Positions 24,648 to 32,000 of a DNA stretch of 32,000 nucleotides are shown here, piece by piece (positions within the stretch are counted from its first letter, which is position 1; each line of letters starts with the position of its first letter). The translations under genes were made by a program, and so were the position numbers. The stretch spans positions 10,135-42,134 of the forward strand of contig CAJFKV010000014.1 in the NCBI GenBank assembly GCA_904387055.1, given 5' to 3'. The notes below the pieces were generated by a model that saw only the letters and a list, made by a program, of their open reading frames with translations, was not told the origin of the DNA and did not search any database. Source of the DNA: Candidatus Heteroruminococcus faecigallinarum. GTDB taxonomy: Bacteria; Bacillota; Clostridia; Oscillospirales; Ruminococcaceae.

Positions 24648-26060
24648 TTGGCCATCAAACGGCTGACCAAACGCTGGCTGTTCAACAGCTTCGGGGTCAT
24701 TCTGGTTATCATCCTGGTTCTCATCATCGGCGGCGCCTTCGGCATCCGGGGATACTATTACAACACGGTGCGCCAGTCGGTCATGGTGCAGGCCAACTAT
24801 GTGGATTCCCTGATGATCCGCTACTCCCAGGACGGCTCGGCCGATTTCTCGGTGCAGATCCGTACCCTGGTGGAGGACTTTGCCGGGCGGGATTCCATGG
24901 AGCTGATGGCCATCGGCCTGGACGGGGAGGTGCTCATCACCTCCAGCGGCTTTGAGCCGCCCGCCGACCAGCCCATGCCCGACTACGAGAGCGCCATGTC
25001 CGAAGGGTCCAACGACCGGTACGGGGAATACATCGGCGAGCTGAACGGGGAAAACGTCCTGGCCATCACCATGATGTCCTCCGTGTCCAGCAACCAGCTG
25101 TCCGCCATGCGGTTTGTGGTCTCCCTCACCCAGGTGGACCAGCAGGTGCTCACCCTCATCATCCTCATCACCATCATCGGCGTCTCCATCCTCTTCTTCG
25201 TCATCATGTCCAGCTCCTACTTTATCAACTCCATCATCAACCCCATCGGCCAGATTGGGGACACGGCCCGCCTCATCGCCCAGGGAGATTTTGACGCCCG
25301 GCTGGAAAAGAGCAACGACGACGAGATCGGCGACCTGTGTGACACCATCAACAACATGGCGGAGGAACTGTCGGCCACCGACCGGATGAAAAACGACTTC
25401 ATCTCCTCGGTTTCCCACGAGCTGCGCACCCCCCTCACCGCCATCAAGGGCTGGGCCGAGACGATGCAGGAGGGGGGCGACCTGGACGAAAGCACCCGCC
25501 GGAAAGGGATCCACGTGATCCTCTCCGAGACCGAGCGCCTCTCCTCCATGGTGGAGGAGCTGTTGGACTTCTCCCGCATCCAGAGCGGCCGGTTCAACAT
25601 CCAGCTGGAAAAGCTGGACATTGTGGCCGAGCTTTCGGACGCAGTGCTCATGTTTGACGAGCGGGCCCGCCGGGAGGGGATCACCCTTCTGTACGAGGAG
25701 CCGGAGGAGTTTGTCGTCCTCATGGGGGACCGGAACCGGCTGCGGCAGGTCTTTGTCAACGTCATCGACAATGCCCTCAAATACTCCTCCGCCGGCGGCA
25801 CCGTCCGGGTGGAGGCCGCCCGGGTCGGCAGCAGCTTCCAGGTGGTGGTGTCCGACACGGGCTGCGGCATCAGCGCCGAGGACCTGCCCAAGGTCAAAAC
25901 CAAGTTCTACAAGGCCAACTTTACCCGCCGGGGCTCGGGCATCGGGCTGGCGGTGGCCAACGAAATTGTTCAGCAGCACAACGGCTCCCTGGAGCTTGCC
26001 TCCCAGGTGGGCAAGGGGACGGTGGTCACCATCACCCTCCCCATCCAGGGGGAGAGCTAG
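24648..26060 (+). CDS. Sensor histidine kinase (2 TM segments, extracytoplasmic domain, HAMP, HisKA, HATPase_c)
   Basis: It has an H-box (SHELRTPLT), an N-box (DNALKY), and G-boxes (DTGCGI and GSGIGLAV). The start is a TTG at 24648 with an SD (GGAGGGG) upstream. Confidence 0.9.
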   Translation: MAIKRLTKRWLFNSFGVILVIILVLIIGGAFGIRGYYYNTVRQSVMVQANYVDSLMIRYSQDGSADFSVQIRTLVEDFAGRDSMELMAIGLDGEVLITSSGFEPPADQPMPDYESAMSEGSNDRYGEYIGELNGENVLAITMMSSVSSNQLSAMRFVVSLTQVDQQVLTLIILITIIGVSILFFVIMSSSYFINSIINPIGQIGDTARLIAQGDFDARLEKSNDDEIGDLCDTINNMAEELSATDRMKNDFISSVSHELRTPLTAIKGWAETMQEGGDLDESTRRKGIHVILSETERLSSMVEELLDFSRIQSGRFNIQLEKLDIVAELSDAVLMFDERARREGITLLYEEPEEFVVLMGDRNRLRQVFVNVIDNALKYSSAGGTVRVEAARVGSSFQVVVSDTGCGISAEDLPKVKTKFYKANFTRRGSGIGLAVANEIVQQHNGSLELASQVGKGTVVTITLPIQGES

Positions 26061-26102
26061 CCCCTCTCCCGGGCAAATTTTTCTGCAATCGAGGTATCGT
26101 TC

Positions 26103-27044
26103 ATGAACAACCCAACTCCTTCCTGCTACAAAAAAACCTCCATCGGCGGCCAGGCGGTCATCGAGGGGATCATGATGCGGGGCCCGGTGAAGAGCGCCAT
26201 GGCCAACCGCCTGCCCGACGGCACCCTGGACCTGGAGGAATGGGAAACCTATCCCCACGGCATCGCCTGGTACAACCGCACCCCCTTGATCCGGGGCTGC
26301 TTCAACTTTGTGGAGACGCTGGTCACCGGCTTCCGCTGCCTGATGACCTCCGCCGAGAAGGCCGGTTTTGAGGAAGAGGAGCCCTCCGCCTTTGAACAGA
26401 AGCTGGCCAAGCTCACCGGCCAAAAGACCGAGACCATCGTCTCCACCGTGGCCCTGGTGCTGGGGGTGGCCCTGGCGGTCCTTCTGTTCATGGTGCTGCC
26501 CGCCACCGCCTCCAAGCTGCTGGCCCCCTTCCTTCCTTCCACCATGGCCCTGACCCTGGTGGAAGGAGGGATCAAGATCGCCATCTTCCTCGTCTACATC
26601 GCCCTGGTTTCCCAGATGAAGGACATCCGCCGGGTCTTTGAATACCACGGGGCGGAGCACAAGACCATCGCCTGCTACGAGCACGGGGAGGAGCTGACGG
26701 TGGAGAATATCCGCAAATACACCCGCTTCCACCCCCGGTGCGGCACCAGCTTCCTCCTCATCGTGCTGATCATCTCCATCCTGGTTTCCTCGGTGGTCAC
26801 CTGGAACAGCCTGGTGATCCGCGTCCTCCTCAAGCTCCTGATGCTGCCCATTGTGGTGAGCATCTCCTACGAGATCATCAAGCTGGCCGGCCGGTACGAC
26901 AACCCGGTCACCCGGATTGTCTCGGCCCCGGGGCTGTGGCTCCAGCGGCTCACCACCCGGGAGCCGGACGACGGCCAGATCGAGGCGGCCATCGCCGCCA
27001 TGACCCCCGTCATCCCCGACGATCCCAACGCCGACCGGTACTAA
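26103..27044 (+). CDS. DUF1385-domain membrane protein (YqhQ-like)
   Basis: It has the typical motifs GGQAVIEGIMMRGP and YHGAEHK. Its position upstream of prmC is conserved in Firmicutes. Confidence 0.8.
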   Translation: MNNPTPSCYKKTSIGGQAVIEGIMMRGPVKSAMANRLPDGTLDLEEWETYPHGIAWYNRTPLIRGCFNFVETLVTGFRCLMTSAEKAGFEEEEPSAFEQKLAKLTGQKTETIVSTVALVLGVALAVLLFMVLPATASKLLAPFLPSTMALTLVEGGIKIAIFLVYIALVSQMKDIRRVFEYHGAEHKTIACYEHGEELTVENIRKYTRFHPRCGTSFLLIVLIISILVSSVVTWNSLVIRVLLKLLMLPIVVSISYEIIKLAGRYDNPVTRIVSAPGLWLQRLTTREPDDGQIEAAIAAMTPVIPDDPNADRY

Positions 27045-27088
27045 GCCGCCCGGCCGTTCCCCGGGGATGCCATCGCCTACAACGCCAG

Positions 27089-27130
27089 CAGGCCGGAAGT
27101 TCTCAGCGCTTCCGGCCTGTTCTTCTCTAT
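27089..27130 (+). terminator. Hairpin plus U-rich tract between DUF1385 and prmC (terminator or attenuator)
   Basis: An 11 bp stem pairs CAGGCCGGAAG (27089-27099) with CTTCCGGCCTG (27109-27119), and TTCTTCTCTATCATTTTG follows. Confidence 0.45.
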
Positions 27131-27157
27131 CATTTTGCCGAAAGGAGCGGTCTTTCC

Positions 27158-28057
27158 ATGACCTACGGCCAACTGGACAACGAGCTGCGCCGCCTGCTGG
27201 CTCCCCTGGAGGAGGGCCGGCGGGAGGGGCGGATCCTCCTGGAGGAAACCTGTTCCATTCCCGCCGGGCAGTTTCCCCTGTGGCAGGAGCGGGAGATCCC
27301 CCCGGAGCTGGAAGACCGCTGCCGGTCCCTGGCCCGCCGCCGCCTGGAGGGGGAGCCCCTCCAGTACCTGCTGGGCCGGTGGGAATTTTTCGGCCTGCCC
27401 TTTTGGGTGGGGCCGGGGGTGCTGATCCCCCGGCCGGAGACGGAGCTGCTGGTGGAGACCGGCCTTGCCCTGCTCCGGGGGGTGGACCGCCCCCTGGCCG
27501 CCGATCTCTGCGCCGGGAGCGGCTGCATCGCCGCCTCCCTGGCCCACAGCCTCCCCGCCTGCCGGGTAACGGCGGTGGAGTGGAGCCGGGAGGCCTTCCC
27601 CTACCTGGAGCGGAACCTGGCGGCCAATGCCGCCGGGCAGGCGACGGCGGTCCGGGGGGATGTCCTCCAGCCGGACCGATGCCCAGCCCCCGCCCAGGGC
27701 CCCTTCCACCTGATCCTCTCCAATCCCCCCTACATCCCCACCGGCGACCTGCCCGGCCTCCAGCGGGAGGTCCGGCGGGAACCGGCCATGGCCCTGGACG
27801 GCGGGGCGGACGGCCTCTCCTTCTACCGGGTGCTGGCACGGGAGTGGAGCCGCCGGCTCCTGCCCGGGGGCTGGCTGGCGATGGAGATCGGCTGGGACCA
27901 GGGGGAGGCGGTGTCCCGCCTCTTTGCCGATGGCGGCCTGGAGGAGGTCCGGGTCCGCAAGGACCTGTCCGGCCTGGACCGGGTGGTGGCGGGCCGGCGG
28001 CCGGCCGGTCCCTCCCAGCCCCCTTCCCCCAGCGAAAAAACCGAAAATTGCCGCTGA
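27158..28057 (+). CDS. prmC: Peptide chain release factor N5-glutamine methyltransferase
   Basis: It has the NPPY motif (SNPPYIP) and a SAM-binding motif (DLCAGSGCIA). The ATG at 27158 has an SD (AAAGGAG), so I reject the longer ORF-track start at 26738. Confidence 0.9.
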   Translation: MTYGQLDNELRRLLAPLEEGRREGRILLEETCSIPAGQFPLWQEREIPPELEDRCRSLARRRLEGEPLQYLLGRWEFFGLPFWVGPGVLIPRPETELLVETGLALLRGVDRPLAADLCAGSGCIAASLAHSLPACRVTAVEWSREAFPYLERNLAANAAGQATAVRGDVLQPDRCPAPAQGPFHLILSNPPYIPTGDLPGLQREVRREPAMALDGGADGLSFYRVLAREWSRRLLPGGWLAMEIGWDQGEAVSRLFADGGLEEVRVRKDLSGLDRVVAGRRPAGPSQPPSPSEKTENCR

Positions 28058-28093
28058 AGCGGGAAGATTTGGCTTTTCTTTCCCCCCTGCCGG

Positions 28094-28102
28094 TGGTATA
28101 AT
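28094..28102 (+). promoter_or_regulatory. Extended -10 element (TGgTATAAT) upstream of metG
   Basis: The consensus extended -10 lies 61 nt before the metG ATG. Confidence 0.4.
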
Positions 28103-28162
28103 AAGAAAAATGAGCAGCCAGAAGGGCGGTACTCCCGCCTGCAAATATAAGGAGGATCATTC

Positions 28163-30121
28163 ATGGAAAGAAAGACTTTCTACATCTCAACCCCCATCTA
28201 CTATCCCTCGGACAAGCTCCACATCGGCCACACCTACTGCACCGTGGCCGCCGATGCGATGGCCAGATACAAGCGAATGCTGGGGTACGATGTGATGTTC
28301 CTCACCGGTACCGACGAGCACGGCCAGAAGATTGAGGAGAAGGCCACCGCCAAGGAGGTCACTCCCCAGGCCTATGTGGACGAGATTGTGGCCAGCATCC
28401 TGGATCTGTGGAAGCTGATGAACATCTCCAACGACCGGTTTATCCGCACCACCGACGACTATCATGTGGAGTCGGTGCAGAAGATCTTCAAGGCTCTCTA
28501 CGACAAGGGCGCCATCTACAAAGGGGTGTACAAGGGCAAATACTGCACCCCCTGCGAGTCCTTCTGGACCGAGAGCCAGCTGGTGGACGGCAAATGTCCC
28601 GACTGCGGCCGGGAGGTCCGGGATGCGGAGGAGGAGGCCTACTTCTTCCGCCTGTCCGACTATGCCCAGCCTCTCCTGAAGCTCTACGCCGACCATCCCG
28701 ACTTCCTGGAGCCCAAGAGCCGGATGAACGAGATGATCAGCTTCATCAACTCCGGCCTGGAGGACCTGTGCGTCTCCCGGACCTCCTTCAGCTGGGGCAT
28801 CCCCGTTACCTTTGACCCCAAGCATGTGGTCTACGTGTGGGTGGACGCCCTGACCAACTATATCACCGCCCTGGGCTACGGCAACGGCAAGTATCACGAC
28901 TACGACAAGTACTGGCCCTGCGATGTGCACTTTGTGGGCAAGGAGATCGTCCGGTTCCACAGCATCATCTGGCCCGCCATGCTGATGGCTCTGGACCTGC
29001 CCCTTCCCAAGAAGGTGTACGGCCATGGGTGGCTCCTGCTGGACGGCGGGAAGATGAGCAAGTCCAAGGGCAACGTGGTGGACCCCGCCATCCTGGCCCA
29101 GCGGTACGGGGTGGACGCCCTGCGGTATTTCCTTCTGCGGGAGTTCCCCTTCGGGTCGGACGGCAACTTCTCCAACGAGGCCCTCATCGCCCGGATCAAC
29201 GCCGACCTGGCCAACGACCTGGGCAACCTGGTGAGCCGCACCACCGCCATGACCGACAAGTACTTCGGCGGCACGCTGCCCGCCGGGCGGGAGGCCCAGC
29301 CGGTGGACGAGGAGCTGGTCGCGTTGGTGGACGGCCTGCGGGGCCGGTATGAGGAAGCCATGGAGCGGTTCGCCTTCCAGGACGCCCTCATCGAGGTGAT
29401 GAAGGCGGTGAGCCGGTCCAACAAGTATATCGACGAAACCGCCCCCTGGGTCCTGGGCAAGGACGACAGCAAGAAGGACCGCCTCGCCACCGTCCTGTAC
29501 AACCTGCTGGAAACCATCCGGATCGCCGGCATCCTCCTCACCCCCTTTATGCCGGACAGCTGCAAGAAGATCCAGGAGATGATCGGGGCCGGCGATGCCG
29601 CCTTCTCCTGGGAGAGCGCCGCCCGCTTTGGCGGCCTCTGCCCCACCGCCACCGTCCACAAGGGGGAAAACCTCTTCCCCCGCATCGACCTGAACAAGGA
29701 ACTGGAGGCCCTGGAGGCCGCCAAGGCTGCCAAGGAGGCCGCTGCCCAGAAGGAGAAGAAGGCTCCCCAGAAGGAAGAGAAGCCGGAAGGGGTGGTCTCC
29801 CTCATCGGGATCGACGATTTTGCCAAGGTACAGCTGCGGGTGGCCCAGGTAACCGCCTGTGAGCCGGTGCCCAAGAGCGACAAGCTCCTCTGCCTCCAGC
29901 TGGACGACGGCATGGGCGGCCGGCAGGTGGTGTCGGGCATCCACGCCTGGTATGAGCCGGCGGATCTGGTGGGCAAGAAGCTGATCCTGGTGGCCAACCT
30001 CCAGCCCGCCAAGCTGCGGGGCACCCTCTCCAACGGCATGATCCTGGCGGCCGACGTGGGCGACACCGCCAAGGTGATCTTTGTGGATGACTCCATCCCC
30101 AACGGCGCCAAAATCCGCTGA
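28163..30121 (+). CDS. metG: Methionine--tRNA ligase with a C-terminal tRNA-binding (Trbp111/EMAP-like) domain
   Basis: It has the class I signatures HIGH (LHIGHTY) and KMSKS. A zinc knuckle is present (CTPCE...CPDCG). The C-terminus has an OB-fold tail. Confidence 0.95.
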   Translation: MERKTFYISTPIYYPSDKLHIGHTYCTVAADAMARYKRMLGYDVMFLTGTDEHGQKIEEKATAKEVTPQAYVDEIVASILDLWKLMNISNDRFIRTTDDYHVESVQKIFKALYDKGAIYKGVYKGKYCTPCESFWTESQLVDGKCPDCGREVRDAEEEAYFFRLSDYAQPLLKLYADHPDFLEPKSRMNEMISFINSGLEDLCVSRTSFSWGIPVTFDPKHVVYVWVDALTNYITALGYGNGKYHDYDKYWPCDVHFVGKEIVRFHSIIWPAMLMALDLPLPKKVYGHGWLLLDGGKMSKSKGNVVDPAILAQRYGVDALRYFLLREFPFGSDGNFSNEALIARINADLANDLGNLVSRTTAMTDKYFGGTLPAGREAQPVDEELVALVDGLRGRYEEAMERFAFQDALIEVMKAVSRSNKYIDETAPWVLGKDDSKKDRLATVLYNLLETIRIAGILLTPFMPDSCKKIQEMIGAGDAAFSWESAARFGGLCPTATVHKGENLFPRIDLNKELEALEAAKAAKEAAAQKEKKAPQKEEKPEGVVSLIGIDDFAKVQLRVAQVTACEPVPKSDKLLCLQLDDGMGGRQVVSGIHAWYEPADLVGKKLILVANLQPAKLRGTLSNGMILAADVGDTAKVIFVDDSIPNGAKIR

Positions 30122-30134
30122 TTTCGCATCCCCT

Positions 30135-30168
30135 GCCCCCGGGCCGAAGGCTCGGGGGCGTTTTGTTG
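30135..30168 (+). terminator. Rho-independent terminator after metG
   Basis: GCCCCCG pairs with CGGGGGC, the inner GGCC-GAA-GGC(T) extends the stem, and GTTTTGTT follows. Confidence 0.65.
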
Positions 30169-30183
30169 GGATTCCCCATGAAA

Positions 30184-30205
30184 ACAGCCCCCAAACGGGG
30201 GCTGT
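30184..30205 (-). terminator. Terminator for the membrane-protein/XRE operon
   Basis: ACAGCCCCC and GGGGGCTGT flank the loop AAAC. On the minus strand TTTTCATG follows, 10 nt after the stop at 30216. Confidence 0.55.
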
Positions 30206-30215
30206 TTCTCGTTCC

Positions 30216-30410
30216 TCACGGGCCCGGGGAAAAGAGCCGGTCCACGGTGGTGCCCAGCTCTCCCGCCAAGCGGAAGGCCAGGGCCAGGGTGGGATCGTAT
30301 TTGTTGTTCTCGATGGCGTTGATGGTCTGGCGGGTCACGCCGCACCGGCGGGCCAGGGCTTCCTGGGATAGGCCCTTCTCCTGGCGCAGCAGGCGGATCT
30401 GGTTCTCCAT
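30216..30410 (-). CDS. Small XRE-family HTH regulator (YozG-like)
   Basis: 64 aa (MENQIRLLRQEKGLSQEALARRCGVTRQTINAIENNKYDP). Its ATG overlaps the stop of the upstream membrane-protein gene (TGATG). Confidence 0.8.
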   Translation of the reverse strand: MENQIRLLRQEKGLSQEALARRCGVTRQTINAIENNKYDPTLALAFRLAGELGTTVDRLFSPGP

Positions 30411-30706
30411 CAGCCGCCGTGCCTCCTTTTCAGAACTGCCAAGCTGATGAAATACACCCAGGAGAGAACCATCAGCTTGACCAAGGGGTTCACCGGTTCC
30501 ACCGGCTGGGAGAAGGCCACCGACCGGACCACCCCTTCCACCACATCCAGCAGCAGCCCTCCCACTGCCACCACAAAGCTCCAGGCCGCCGCCTGGGTGA
30601 CGATCATCCGCCGCCGCTCGTCCCCCTGCCGCCCCAGGGACACAAACATCCACACAATCCCCGCCAGGGAGAGGGCCAGCACCGCCAAAAATAGATACAC
30701 TGCCAT
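30410..30706 (-). CDS. Small membrane protein (3 predicted TM segments) co-transcribed with the XRE regulator
   Basis: 98 aa and hydrophobic. An SD (GGGAGG) lies 9 nt upstream. It is translationally coupled to the HTH gene, an arrangement typical of DUF2178-like/XRE pairs. Confidence 0.6.
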   Translation of the reverse strand: MAVYLFLAVLALSLAGIVWMFVSLGRQGDERRRMIVTQAAAWSFVVAVGGLLLDVVEGVVRSVAFSQPVEPVNPLVKLMVLSWVYFISLAVLKRRHGG

Positions 30707-30721
30707 CCGTTCCTGCCTCCC

Positions 30722-30791
30722 TTGTCAAAAACTTTTTACATCTTGATTCTACCATCTTCCCCTATGATTGTCAAATCTTTTTTACATCTTG
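30722..30791. repeat. Two 24 bp direct repeats (21 of 24 identical) spanning the promoter of the membrane-protein/XRE operon
   Basis: The copies are TTGTCAAAAACTTTTTACATCTTG (30722-30745) and TTGTCAAATCTTTTTTACATCTTG (30768-30791). Confidence 0.7.
30746..30774 (-). promoter_or_regulatory. Sigma-A-type promoter for the membrane-protein/XRE operon
   Basis: On the minus strand, TTGACA (30774 to 30769) is followed by a 17 nt spacer and TAGAAT (30751 to 30746). The -35 element lies inside repeat 2, and the predicted +1 lies inside repeat 1. Confidence 0.5.
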
Positions 30792-31019
30792 CCTCACGAC
30801 ACTGGTAAATATCAACAAGTTTTTTGGCCCCTTTTGGGGCAAGGAACCCCTTCCTCGGCGGTATACCTGTATATCCCTTCAAAAACGAAACTGCATGCAG
30901 GGATACCTTCACCCTCCCTTTTTCCCGGGGAAAAAACCTTCTTCCCATGCAGGAGGAGGAAGGGGATGATGCAGTTTTTCCGGCGGAAAAGTTTGGTTAT
31001 CTTGTTTTCCCCTGCCCGG

Positions 31020-31047
31020 TTGTAATCTGGCGGGAGGCTGGTATAAT
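31020..31047 (+). promoter_or_regulatory. Promoter candidate for yitT
   Basis: TTGTAA (31020-31025) is followed by a 16 nt spacer and TATAAT (31042-31047), with an extended TG at 31039-31040. Confidence 0.55.
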
Positions 31048-31106
31048 CATTTTTGAACCAACACCAACCCGGCGGCGTCATCTGCCGTTTTTGCAAGGAG
31101 GAAACC

Positions 31107-32000
31107 ATGTCCCAGTCCAACCAGCCTCAGCCCCCGGAACCTCAAAATACCCCCGCCCAGGTGATGAAGGATTACCTCATCATTACCCTGGGGACGGTGA
31201 TCATGTCCCTGGGCGTTTACTTCTTCATGTTCCCCAACAACTTTACCACCGGCGGCGTGGACGGCCTGGCCATCATTTTGGGGTCGATCCTTCCCGTCTC
31301 CCGGTCCACCCTGATGCTGGTGTTCAACTGGGGGCTGCTGGTGGTGGGCTTTTTGGTGTTGGGGAAGGATTTCGGCATCCGTACCGCCTACGAAAGTGTC
31401 CTCTATGTGGGCATCGTCTGGGTGCTGGAGCATTTCTTCCCCATGTCTGGCCCCTTTACCGACGAACCCCTTCTGGAGCTTTTCTTCGCCATCGGCCTGC
31501 CGGCGGTGGGGGTCACCCTGCTCTTTAATGTGGGGGCCTCCAGCGGGGGGATGGACATTGTGGCCATGCTCATCCGCAAATTTACCAATCTGAACATCTC
31601 CACCGCCCTCATGATGGCCAACATTCTGGTGGTCATCTCCGGCGGGATGGTCTTCGGGCTGAAAACCGGCCTGCTGTGCATCATGGGCATGACCATCAAG
31701 GCCCTGGCGGTAGACGGCCTCATCGAGCGGATCAACAACCACAAGTATTTCAACATCATCACCGACCAGCCGGAGATGGTCTGCGACTTCATCGTCAAGG
31801 ATCTCAACCGCAGCGCCACCATCGTCAACGGCACCGGCGCCTTCACCCACGACCAGAAGGCCATCATCCTGTCGGTGATGAGCGGGTACCAGGCCATGCG
31901 GCTGCGGCAGTTTGTCCACCGGGCAGACCCCAAGGCCTTCATCACCATCACCAATACCAGCGAGATCATCGGCCACAACTTCCGGGACCGGAAGGTATAG
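31107..32000 (+). CDS. YitT-family membrane protein (DUF2179 C-terminal domain)
   Basis: The ATG at 31107 has an SD (AAGGAGGA). It has a YitT-like N-terminus (LIITLGTVIMSLGVYFFMFPNNFTTGGVDG) and a C-terminal DUF2179-like region. The stop TAG falls at 31998-32000. Confidence 0.8.
   Translation: MSQSNQPQPPEPQNTPAQVMKDYLIITLGTVIMSLGVYFFMFPNNFTTGGVDGLAIILGSILPVSRSTLMLVFNWGLLVVGFLVLGKDFGIRTAYESVLYVGIVWVLEHFFPMSGPFTDEPLLELFFAIGLPAVGVTLLFNVGASSGGMDIVAMLIRKFTNLNISTALMMANILVVISGGMVFGLKTGLLCIMGMTIKALAVDGLIERINNHKYFNIITDQPEMVCDFIVKDLNRSATIVNGTGAFTHDQKAIILSVMSGYQAMRLRQFVHRADPKAFITITNTSEIIGHNFRDRKV

Noticed and set aside
23823-28160. A 1445 aa ORF on the minus strand. It spans the response regulator, kinase, DUF1385 and prmC genes plus three intergenic gaps.
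   Set aside because: The translation is P/G/R/A low-complexity with no recognisable domain. It lies antisense to four genes that each carry clear family motifs, SD sequences and sensible starts. This is a typical shadow ORF of high-GC3 DNA, where the antisense frame lacks AT-rich stop codons.
30736-31528. ORFs of 70-234 aa in the gap upstream of yitT and in the yitT 5' region (30736-30948 minus, 30768-31025 plus, 30812-31120 minus, 30824-31528 plus).
   Set aside because: They have no SD sequences and no family resemblance. They overlap one another and yitT out of frame. Only the last 19 codons of the 30768-31025 frame have a strong SD, and I report those separately as an sORF candidate.
1-32000. 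A search for CRISPR arrays, transposases or integrases, tRNA/rRNA genes, and recognisable defence or toxin-antitoxin modules.
   Set aside because: I saw no regularly spaced repeats, no IS or recombinase-like ORFs and no tRNA-like cloverleaf regions in the intergenic DNA. The two XRE genes lack an adjacent toxin-like partner. A computational scan with tRNAscan, minCED or PADLOC would confirm this.

Overview
GC-rich chromosomal segment, probably from a spore-forming Clostridia (Oscillospiraceae-like) bacterium; the taxon is inferred from gene content and not computed. I support 31 protein-coding genes and found no rRNA, tRNA, CRISPR array or transposase. Positions 1-11591 (+) hold a Wood-Ljungdahl block: acsC (5'-truncated by the window edge), acsE, acsB, the corrinoid reductive activator (RACo) and a DUF3786 gene, then a terminator and a new promoter. 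That promoter precedes fhs, fchA, folD and a formate/nitrite-family (FNT) transporter. Next comes a monocistronic gene for a signal-peptide protein with a ubiquitin-like domain. It is followed by a tight ProX-like deacylase / CPBP protease / EamA transporter / tadA operon. The remaining genes are an orphan family-5 solute-binding lipoprotein, spmBA, a clostridial-type abrB, a Trp/Arg-rich membrane protein and a histidine-phosphatase/cobO pair. After those come an XRE regulator, a lipoprotein plus OmpR/histidine-kinase operon, DUF1385-prmC, metG, a small XRE plus membrane-protein pair, and a YitT-family gene. Most long ORFs antisense to these genes are low-complexity shadow ORFs typical of high-GC3 DNA, and I reject them. 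The best candidates for new biology are the secreted ubiquitin-like protein and its neighbourhood, three DnaA-box-like sites in a convergent intergenic gap, the very Trp-rich membrane protein, the W-acidic tail on the phosphatase, and an unexplained ~300 nt region upstream of yitT. I see no recognisable multi-gene defence or mobile system. All family assignments come from reading motifs by eye, not from searches.
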